Of a stretch of 34,098 nucleotides of DNA, positions 24,248 to 34,098 are shown piece after piece. The first letter of the stretch is position 1. The number at the start of each line of letters is the position of its first letter. A program made the translations under genes and the position numbers. Under the pieces are notes generated by a model that was not told the origin of the DNA, searched no databases, and was given only the letters and a program-made list of their open reading frames with translations. Source of the DNA: Octopus bimaculoides (taxonomy: Eukaryota); contig NC_068989.1 in assembly GCF_001194135.2 (NCBI RefSeq), forward strand, positions 38,959,365-38,993,462, written 5' to 3'.

Positions 24248-24402
24248 TATGACAGGCTCCTTTTAGTCTCCATCTCCCAAATTCACTCATGAGGATTTTG
24301 CAAGTCCAGGGCTATTGTGGAAGACACTTGCCTAAGGTGACATGAAAAAGGATTGAACCTAGAACCATGTGGCTGGGAAGCATATTTTTAACTACACATG
24401 CA
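24005..24402 (-). mobile_element. Composite family C SINE, minus strand, abutting a plus-strand head fragment at ~23895-23987
   Basis: gctggatgcccttcc...aagacacttgcctaaggtg...gattgaacctagaaccatgtggctgggaagc. Confidence 0.75.
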
Positions 24403-24981
24403 TGTATATGCGTTTCCTGTTTTGATGCCATGAGACAATTGTAAATATGTAGTGGGATTGTAAACAAGTTTCACCAGCTCACAACTAATGTTTTTCATAT
24501 ACAATTATCTGTAAAAATATGACTGGGCAAGATGAAATATTACCTTGGAAATAGATGAGAATTGATGACTGGAAAATCTGTCAAGGAATTCTATCTGACT
24601 CGTGTAAGTATGGAAAAGTGGAGGTTAAAATGTTGATGATAATTATGAGGATGACTGACTTCAATGAAGCGAAGGACATCGGCAATATTCTAATTTGTGA
24701 TGAGCTATGTCTGAAATATGATGGTCAGGGATTGAATGTCTTCATATGTTTGCTTGACTTGGGATGATCGTAAGGTGAACAACTAAAACAACACTGTGGT
24801 TTTAGATATATTATGTCTGAATAAAAGATGGGATGGTCATAGCTGGAAAGCCTTTACTCATAAATCTACTGAATAAGAGCTAACTGAGTGCTAAAGAGCA
24901 GTCACCAGAGGCACAACATTGCTTTAACCACACATGAGTTAACAATGGAGACTCCATGTCATTAGTCACCTGGTCAGCAAT

Positions 24982-25198
24982 ATTGATTTCAGATTCTGGC
25001 ACAAGGATAGCAATTTCAGGGAAGAGGGTAAGTTGTTTACACTGACCTCCAGTACTCAACTGGTACTTATTTTATCGACTCTGAAGGAATGAAAGGCAAA
25101 GTCACCCTTGGTGGAATTTGAACTCAGAATGTGAAGACATACAAATTGCTGCTAAGCATTTTGCCTTGTGTGCTAATGATTCTGCCAGCTCATCACCT
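24982..25198 (-). mobile_element. Full-length family A tRNA-derived SINE
   Basis: Minus strand: aaggtgatgagctggcagaatcattagcac...gagttcaaattccacc...gataaaataagtaccagttgagtactgg...cttgtgccag. Confidence 0.85.
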
Positions 25199-25519
25199 TA
25201 AAACCAGTTAGAAATATTAGTCTCAGATCTTACCCTATGGACACATTGGATGATGTAATCTTATATACATAGTGCTTGAACAAACCACAAGTGAGAATCA
25301 TTGCTGGAATGCTTTTGATCTCAGGCCTCCTTAATCAGGACTGATATGAGGATAAGCACTATTATAAGCTACTTTCTTGAAAAGGTTAAGTTGTTGCATA
25401 ATGTAGTCCTTGATATACTGTGACTAAACTAAAAACGGAATTGTTGCAGCTAGAATAGTTTTAATTATAGGTCTGCTAGTTAAAGTCTGACCTGGGGCTA
25501 AATAACTCCAACAGCAACC

Positions 25520-26005
25520 TCATAATTAATAATTGCTGCCACATTTACTACCATGTTTCTGGTAATCAACATTGATATTAGCATTGACCCCAAAACCATC
25601 GCTCCAACCAAAACTCTAACCAACATACTTACATTTCAAACCACTACCATCACAGCCCAAGCCCTTACCACCATCACCACCAGCACCACCACCAACTCAA
25701 TTCCTACCATTATATCCATAGTTTCTACCAACACCACAAGTTGTACCACCACCACCACAACTTCAATTGCCACCACCCAGTTTCTAACACCTTTACTGTC
25801 TGAACTGCACAGGCACAAATCCTACCATTAGAACCCACTATCACAACCACAACACACTGCAACCATCACTACACTTTCAATCACAACTACTACCATCAAC
25901 AGTAACCATTGCCAACAATAACCACCAACAACGCCCCCCCCCCACCAACCACCACCACCACCACCACCACCAGCAACAACCACTAACAACAGCCACCACC
26001 ACTAG
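25520..26005 (+). repeat. Degenerate (CAC/CAA)n low-complexity tract
   Basis: Same composition and strand as 1110-2100. Yields the Thr-rich pseudo-ORF. Confidence 0.85.
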
Positions 26006-26553
26006 GAGCAACAAACTGAAATCTTTGATCTCACTGTTAAAGGTCGGGTAACCATGAAGCGTGCTGCTTTCTTTTACAGTTGCTTCATTTTACGGTTCCA
26101 ACCAGTTACCCAGGATTTTTCCCATACAATTACATTAGATTCTTTTAGCCTGCTTCCACTCTCTGATTTGCTGTTGCTCTTCTACCTACCCATTACACCC
26201 TGAGTCTGTCATTTCATCAACTGATTTTAATGACTATGCAGACTCTTCTAATTAACAACAAACTCCAAGTCTTCTCTTTCTGTCGAACTCCCCTCTCTAC
26301 CTTCACTTCACTACTCCACATTTTTCATATCTTTCTTCCTTTCTCAAAATTTTATTTCTATTTTCAAATCGCCAAATATTTTCCTCTTCACCATTTTTCC
26401 CTCCATTGCTAATTTTTTTTTTTTACTTCTCTTTCATCTGCAAATCACCATTTCTCATTCTTATTCTCACTCTTCTCTACACATCTTTTATATTTCTCTT
26501 TTAATTACTCTCTCTCTCTCTCTCTTTGTGTGTATATGTGTGTGTGTATTTCA

Positions 26554-26597
<44 letters not shown>

Positions 26598-26768
26598 NNN
26601 NNNNNNNNNNNNNNNNNNNNNNNNNNNNNNNNNNNNNNNNNNNNNNNNNNNNNNNNNNNNNNNNNNNNNNNNNNNNNNNNNNNNNNNNNNNNNNNNNNNN
26701 NNNNNNNNNNNNNNNNNNNNNNNNNNNNNNNNNNNNNNNNNNNNNNNNNNNNNNNNNNNNNNNNNNNG

Positions 26769-26804
<36 letters not shown>

Positions 26805-26829
26805 GGGAGACAGAGATAGATAGATAGAA

Positions 26830-27285
26830 GCAGAGGTGTAGGCATGTCGTTAAGAAGTTTGCTTGCAAACCACCTATTTAGGTGTTCAATCCTATTGCTT
26901 GGATGCTGTCAATTGATATATTTTATTACTGTCACAAGTTGATAAAAACCTTGTTAGTGAAATTGGCACACAAGAACTGGAAGAAACTCATCATGTGTAC
27001 GTGTGTTTGTAACTGAATGTGCATTGATCCTCATTTTGACATAAGCTCACTAATTGTAAACAAAAGCTTCACATTTCATTCAAACAGAATCATTTGTTTA
27101 CTGTTCTCTGTGGACCCTTGTTGACACAGTGCATTGTTTGATAGGCAATGAGATTATTACGTTGTTTAGGAATGGGGGAAGAGTGGTCTCAGTAACAGCA
27201 TCTAGCTTAGAAAATCTTCCTCAATGAAATCTTATCCAACCCATAGAAGCTTAGGAAGGCAAACATGAAAATGATTATGGTGATG
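26830..27285 (+). mobile_element. Composite family C SINE, diverged
   Basis: Head gcagaggtgtaggcatgtcgttaagaagtttgcttgc...; tail cagcatctagc...ccaacccatagaagc...atgattatggtgatg. Confidence 0.6.
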
Positions 27286-27687
27286 TAGATAGATAACATA
27301 TTGCTACATGCATATATATGTATATGTCTGTGAGTGTAGGAAACAATATAGCCAAGTGGTTAGGGAAATATACTCACAAACATAAGCTCATAGATTTGAT
27401 ACTTGAACTGGGCAACATATATTTTTGAGCAAGACACTTCATTTCACAATGGTCTGTCTTCAGAGCTGAAATATGTATCAACCAAGTTTTTGAGAAGCCA
27501 CCTCTCCTCCAGCCTTCACATTTCCAATGTTCTTCTGGCTCATTGCTAGATGTGATGAGAAGTGATACTTGTGTACATGTGGCCACATAAGCACCTAAAA
27601 CAACGAGCAAAAGTATATGTACTATTAAGTCATATTCACTTTTTCAAGTAGAAGTTATGACTTTGTACACACACAAGCATGCACACA

Positions 27688-27730
<43 letters not shown>

Positions 27731-29086
27731 ACACACATACACACACAGTATAACCACTTTGTTTACTTTTCTCAGAGGAAAGAAATTTTATGTTTACTAA
27801 AAATCCTACTGTGCACCAAAAACCAACCTGAAAACGCTGCATAGTTCAATATTAATTAATATATAATTATGTAACATATTTTAAACATTGTTCTTTTCCT
27901 TATCCAGCCCTATCTCTTTTTTCCATATTTCTCCTTTTTATTTCCCTTTCTCATCTTTACTTTATTTACTTCTCCATCAAGATTTTTCCATATATATATT
28001 GCTTTCCATCTCTCTGTTCCCCTTCATGTTCACCCTTTCATCCACTAAGATCTTGGACTTCACTTTTAATTTGATAGATTCCTTCATTAACTATCTTATT
28101 TGCCTTGCCTTTTGTAATTGCAAATGAGAACTAGAATTCAACAGATGCTTTCTCTTCCTTCAATGTAGCAGGTCACACTTGAATTTGGCATTAAAGTCAA
28201 TGGGAAATATTCTAATGATTTACACACTTGCAGACATTATTACAAAAATATTAGAAGATATTAACAAATGTTCTAACATAGACACTTCCAGACTGTTTTT
28301 TGTCAATACTTACAATTGAAAGAACTGCTATTCAAATGACCTGACATTTTCCATTCAATCCTGCTGTCTGCCTGGAAACCTTTTCACTGATTTCTACCAG
28401 TCACGTTTTTGCGTGAAAATTAAATGAAAATATATAATGTTTATCTGAAGATAACAGCCAGAATATGGTTAAATAAATAAACCGGCTTTAATTCCTGCTG
28501 GAATAATTTTATTTTCTTCAGCTTGCTCATATCTTTGGAAAGAGTATTATTAGTAGACCCTCCCCTACTTGAAAAGTTGATGCGTTTGATATTCAGTTTG
28601 AACTTTTGCTTAATGTTGGATGAGGGGAAGGAAGTTGGAAAAAAAAAAATCAAGATTCATGGATTAATGGTAATTCTTATGTCATTAATCCCCATGAGTA
28701 ACTTAATTAGAGCTCAGTGTTTTTGTATAGTCCTCCTGAAATTTTATTCCCACTGGAAAGTGGGATTTAGTTCCCAAGCAAACATTGACAATCAGTGATA
28801 TTTCCCAAGGAAAAGGTGTAGCAAGAAGCAGCCTGTCATCAGGTCAATGTCTGACTTTGATTGTTTACAACAGAATATTGGGGCAAGTATGGTAGTATCT
28901 TCAACACACAATAATTAGAAATAATAGATGAGTGCTCAATGCATATTGTAGAGCCTGCAGTTTATTGCAACTGCATGTCTATTATGATTCAAGCTCTTCA
29001 CACCAAGGCAATCTTCAAGCATGAATTCAATATCAGAGTGATATAAAATTCAAGCCAAGTCATAAAACATTCAGTTCTCATTAAAT

Positions 29087-29155
<69 letters not shown>

Positions 29156-29244
29156 CCTCCTGGCAAAAGGCCACCTCTCTCAGGGTTCATAGTTTTGTAG
29201 GTTATGTAGTGGTCTCATAGATGCTGTGCCACAAAATAGCATTC

Positions 29245-29379
29245 ACTGCGAAGTGGTTGGCATTAGGAAGAGCATCCAGCTGTAGAAACCATTCCAAAGT
29301 AAACAATGCTGTCCTTGGACCCATTGTATCGTATAAAACCATCCAATCCATGTCAGAATGGAATATGAACATAAGATGA
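29245..29379 (+). mobile_element. Family B tail running into a gap
   Basis: gtggttggcattaggaagagcatccagctgtagaaacc...ccaatccatgtcagaatgg. Confidence 0.8.
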
Positions 29380-29839
29380 NNNNNNNNNNATATATATATA
29401 TATATATATATAATGTGTGTATGAACTACTAATTATGTCAATGATGAACTTCCTTATTAAAAACTTCCATGTATGTATATGTATATTTGTGTGTGTATAG
29501 CTATCACTGGCATGTATTGGTGGGAAATGCAAACATCATTGAGAAAACCAATAAACTGATGCTTTCAGACTAAAAATACCTTGTAATATCTGTTCAATTG
29601 AAATACCACAAATGCTTCCTTGTCACTCTCTCTATCAAAAAGACACTGAACTAATTATTTGTCCATTGGGAGTCTGTATCCAATGATATTGTTTACAGAA
29701 TGTAATATATATATATAAAAAAAAAAGCTCAAAGACAGCCATGGATAAGAAAACACCATTAATCATGGCAATCTGAATAGGTGATTGTCAAAACATATAT
29801 CAGTCACGATAATTCAGGAAAAGTATGTTAACCATTAAA

Positions 29840-32394
29840 AAGAATAGATGAATAAATGGGATAGAGAATAAATCAGTACCAGCAGAATAGACTCTTCAAG
29901 AACAATGGAAGAGACTTCTGTAAACAACTGAACAATAAAGAGGAGCATCAAGGAAATGATATGCCAGTTCTTGAAGCAGCAAGGAAATTCTGGGCAGAAA
30001 TCTGGAGCAAAGAAGTCCAGCATGATATAAAAACAGACTGGTTACAGGAATTTAAAAGAGAAATGGAAGTTGGAGTGACACAAGAAAATCATGAACATAA
30101 AAGGAAAAGAAATGATTAATACCAAACTGGAAATCTCCTGGACCAGATGGTGTCCAGGGTTTCTGGATCAAGAATCTCTGAAGTAAACACAGTTATATAC
30201 GACCATTTTTTTGCTGACTGCATAGAAATGGAATTCCAACAGCGATGACAAAGCAAAGGACAGTGCTGAGACAGAAGGACAAAGAAAAGACGGGCATGTC
30301 AGTAATTATAGGCCTGTTACTTGCTTATCACTACTTTGGAAACTATTAACTGGTGTTATAACAGATGAAGGAAATAACTTTCTGGAAAAGGAGAATCTAT
30401 GGTCAGAGGAACAAGAAGGATGTATGAAGAAATCAAGGGGGAACTGCTGATCTTTTTTATATGTAGATTGTAGAATATTAAAAGAGGCATGAGTAAGGAA
30501 GAAGAATTTAGCTGTTGGATGGGTAGATTACAGGAAGGCTTACAACTATGTCCCACGCAGCTAGCTCTTAGAGTGACTGAGAATACTAGGAGTCAATGAG
30601 AAAATAACCAACTTTTTTGAGAAAGCAATGAGAGTGTGGAAAGTAGAATTGATACGTGCAAATGAATTGAAAGGCAATGTGAAAATACACAGGGACATTT
30701 TTCAAAGAGACCTACACTCTCCGTTACTCTTCATTTTCACACTAGCCCTCTGACAAATATACTAAGAAAATCCAGGCCTACCTATGAATTTACCTAATAC
30801 AAGATGAGAATAAATCATCTATTTTATTAGGATGACCTCTAGCCATATACAAAAAATGAGACAAAGACTCTTTGATCCAAACAGTGCGAGTATTCAGAAA
30901 AGATACTAGAATGCAGTTTGGGATAAATAAGTGCACAGTATTAATTATGAAGAGTGACCAGAAGGTAAACTCTGATGGCCTAATATGCAATGTTATACAA
31001 CACAATACAGTATTACAATACAAGACAATACAATATTATGCAATGCAAGACAATATTATTAAATCAATGGGGAATAATGAGGGGTAGAAATATCTAGGAG
31101 TGCTGCAAGATAATAGGGTAATAGGAGAAATGAGAGAAAAAGTCACTAAACAGTACAAGAGGAGAATTAGGAAGTTGCTCGAAATAAAATTAAATGGTGG
31201 GAACATCATTAAAGCAATAAATACATGGGCTCTGGCCATATTCAGATGCTCTGCTCCCTTTCTGAAATGGACTGTGGTTGGGCTACAGAACTTGGATAGA
31301 AGAACCAGAAAGCTGCTCACAATGCACTATGTACTCCACCCTAAAAGCAATATAGATCAACTCTATCTATCAGGAAAAGAAGGTGGCAGAGGATTACTAG
31401 ATGCAGAAGACACCGTTAAAACTACAATACTGGGTCTGAAAAATTATGTTGTGCAGAGTAATGGAAGAATATTACCAGCAGCAAGAGAGATACAAAAAGT
31501 GACCAAAACAGTAGAAGAATCCAAGGAGAAAAAGAACAACATAGCAAACAAATAGAAAGAAATGGAATTACAGGGCCAATTTATGCAACAAACTGAAAAT
31601 ATTGGAAGTAAAGATCGCTTGCTTTAGTTGATGGACAGAAACTTGAAATGAAATACAGAAATGCTAGTTATAGCCGTTCAGGAACAAGCCCTTATAACAA
31701 ACCCGATAAAGCCAAAATTGACAAAACCCAATCAGACAGCAAATGTAGAATCAGCAGGAAAGGAAATTAAAGAATCAATCATCTTTCAAGTGAGTGCAGT
31801 ATACTAGAACAATAGGAGTATAAATGCAGACATGACAGTGTGAACAAAAGAGTGCATTGAGACATAAGTCAGGTGTGTGGCTTCAAAACAACAGAAAAGT
31901 GGTATGTGCATGAACCAGAAGCTGTGTTAGAAAATGAAAATTACAAGAACTTGTTGGATTTCTCCATAAAGAAGAATCATACTATTGAAGCAAGAAGTCC
32001 AGATTTGATCATAGAAGACAAAATAAACAGATCATAAATTTTGTAATTCTCTATTCTAGCAGAGTTCATATGAAAGAAGTTGAAAAAGTTCAGAAATATC
32101 AGGATCTAGTTAGAGAGTTGAGGAGACTGTGGAAAAACCATCATCATTATCATCATCCTTTAATGTCCAAAACAACAAGTATTCCTGTAGTAACTGGTAC
32201 ACTTGGCACAATGCCCAAACTACTACCTGAAAGACAGAAAGAGACTGAAATTGAAACTCGCATTGTTTTCCTGCAGAAAAATACCATCCTATATTCAACA
32301 AGAATCCTAAGGAAGATTCTTAAGATTTCAGGAAACTTTTTGTCACCAAACCTCAAAGTAGCATGAACAATCATAATAATAATAATAATAATAA
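29840..32394 (+). mobile_element. 5'-truncated, degenerate R4/Dong-like (RLE clade) non-LTR retrotransposon: RT, CCHC, restriction-like endonuclease, (AAT)n end
   Basis: Across stops and frameshifts: INQYQQNRLF; KFWAEIWSK; IPNWKSPGPDGVQGFWIK (30119); NYRPVTCL; WVDYRKAYNYVP; IFQRDLHSPLLF; INHLFY*DDL (30810); KYLGVL; HPKSNIDQLYLSGKEGGRGL; CRIS-x8-H-x4-C (31744-31797); RHD; RSPDLII; KEVEKVQKYQDL; IPVVTGTLG. Followed by (AAT)n at 32373-32394. Confidence 0.93.
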
Positions 32395-32399
32395 CTCTT

Positions 32400-32789
32400 T
32401 CTACTTGTGCACAAGGCCAGCAATGTTGAGAGGAGCAGCAATCAATTACATCAGTCCCACTACATGACTAGTACATATTTTAGTGACTATAAAAGAATAA
32501 AAGGCAAAGTTGACTGTGATAGGATTTGATCATGGAATGTAAAGAACTCAAATATAATAAAAGCATTTTTTTTCTGATTCCTTAATGATTCAGCCAGCTT
32601 GTTGCACTGCTACTACTACTAATAATAATAATAATAATGATAATAATAATAACCCTTTCTATTGGAAGCATAAGGCCTCAAACTTGGTGGGAGGGAACTT
32701 GTCGATTACATCGACCCAGTGTTACACTGGTACTTAATTCATCGACCTCAAGAGAATGTAAAGCAAAGTCAACCTCTGTGGAATTTGAA
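32400..32789 (-). mobile_element. Two tandem family A SINE copies separated by an (ACT)n(AAT)n tail
   Basis: 32400-32607 and 32652-32789 both match 24982-25198. Confidence 0.8.
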
Positions 32790-32791
32790 AG

Positions 32792-32825
<34 letters not shown>

Positions 32826-32826
<1 letters not shown>

Positions 32827-33264
32827 TCTTTCTACTAAAGGCACAAGGCCTGCAATTTTGGGTGAGGGGACTAGTCAATTACTTGGTACTTAATTTATTG
32901 ATACTGAAAAGATGAAAGGCAAGGTTGATCTCAGTGGAATTTTATCAATCCTGCAGGTACTGGTCCCATGTAAAAAAAACTCTCATGCTTGTGCTGTGTA
33001 AAAAAGCACCTATACTGATATCATATAAAAGGTACCCAATATACTTTGTAAAGTGGATGGCATTAGGAAGGGCACCCAACCATAGAAAACAGGCCAAAAA
33101 TGATAATTGGAGCCTGGTGCAGCTCTCCGATTTTCCAGTTCCTGTCAAATCTTCCAACCCATGCCAGCATGGAAAACAGATATAAATGATGATGAATGTG
33201 AAGACAGATAAAATGTTGCTAAGCATTTTGTCCAGCATGCTTGCAATTTCTGCCAGCTCATCAT
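32826..33264 (-). mobile_element. Third family A SINE, split by a plus-strand family B insertion at 32943-33193
   Basis: ...gtggaattt | insert | gaatgtgaagac...gctaagcattttg...ctgccagctcatca rejoins into the contiguous sequence seen at 25110-25198. Confidence 0.85.
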
Positions 33265-33323
33265 TTAATAATAATTTTCTTAAATAATAAAATGCAAAGT
33301 GTGTCCTTGTCAGTCATGCTGTA

Positions 33324-33493
33324 GGCAAAGAAGAGTAAAACAACACACAGAGTGGGAGTGGGTGACAGTGAGAGATGCTAAAGCAGGTGAATAGCATTTA
33401 AAGGCTTTGCTCTGAAGAGGCTAGGGAAAGAAGAGTGAAACAACAAATGGAGTGGCAGTGAGTGACAGTAAGAGGTGATTAATTGCAGGCGAA
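33324..33493 (+). repeat. Two-copy ~98 bp-period direct repeat
   Basis: taggcaaagaagagtaaaacaacac...gtgacagtgagag (33324) versus tagggaaagaagagtgaaacaacaa...gtgacagtaagag (33422). Confidence 0.75.
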
Positions 33494-34060
33494 CTGTAGT
33501 GAGCTCTGAAGTCAACAGTATTTTCATGAAAATGAAATTAAATTTTTATCGTAAATTATATTCATCAGTGTTACACACACACATGCGCACATACACAAAC
33601 GCGTGCACACACAAACACAAAGAGGGGTATATGTTACATTCAATAAAATGATTTCATCAATCTAAAAAATGTAATCAAAGACACATGTGCACACACATTC
33701 ATACACATGCACACATTCAGACACACATGTGCATATGTATGCACACATAGGTATGGATAAGCATAAGTATATATACATATATAAACATATATATAAATAG
33801 AGAGAGAGAGAGAGAAAGAGAGAGGGCGAATGATTTGTCAGTAAAATATGTATGTATGTATGTATGTATGTATCTTTCTATCTTTCAATATATATTTATA
33901 TATGTATATACTTACCTATCTACATATAAATGTATGGTTGTGGGATGAGCAAGTAGGATAAAGATAATGATATATATGTATACATATATACAACTGGCTA
34001 CTTTAAGTTTCCGTCTACCAAATCCACCATTTCATGGTGGCGTATATATGTGTATATATG

Positions 34061-34098
<38 letters not shown>

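Noticed and set aside
25553-25831. Thr-rich mucin-like ORF, and Val-rich ORFs at 1703-2126
   Set aside because: Products of the (CAC)n low-complexity tracts, with no splice signals or domain features.
28290-28570. Possible minus-strand donor near 28310 and plus-strand acceptor near 28521
   Set aside because: Adjacent frames close quickly and give no recognisable peptide.
32373-32830. Repeat-spacer-like alternation of (AAT)n and ~150-200 bp units
   Set aside because: The units are homologous SINE copies and the repeats are simple tails. Not a CRISPR-like array.

Overview
AT-rich, microsatellite-saturated eukaryotic DNA from a gapped short-read assembly with 12 N-runs, most abutting (AT)n, (GT)n or (AG)n tracts. 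From recalled repeat families it resembles an octopus/coleoid cephalopod genome; that is an inference, not a search result. No host protein-coding exon can be supported, and nearly all ORFs in the track are translations of microsatellites, low-complexity tracts or N-runs. The window reads as intronic/intergenic DNA built from mobile elements: (1) a degenerate ~2.5 kb R4/Dong-like non-LTR retrotransposon (RT, CCHC knuckle, restriction-like endonuclease) at ~29840-32394 ending in (AAT)n; (2) a mariner derivative at 4249-5111 made of two 5' ends in inverted orientation; (3) a probable Penelope-like GIY-YIG endonuclease remnant at ~22010-22285; (4) several foldback/MITE elements (111-445, 6315-6568, 17201-17450, 17717-18431, 18610-18745); (5) more than 25 copies or fragments of about five SINE-like families, some nested, tandem or inverted. 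I found no convincing new protein-based system. The most unusual signals are the two-headed mariner, the unclassified foldback cluster at 17.7-18.75 kb, and the Dong/(TAA)n/SINE-tail cluster at 32.3-33.3 kb. Identity figures are by-eye counts.
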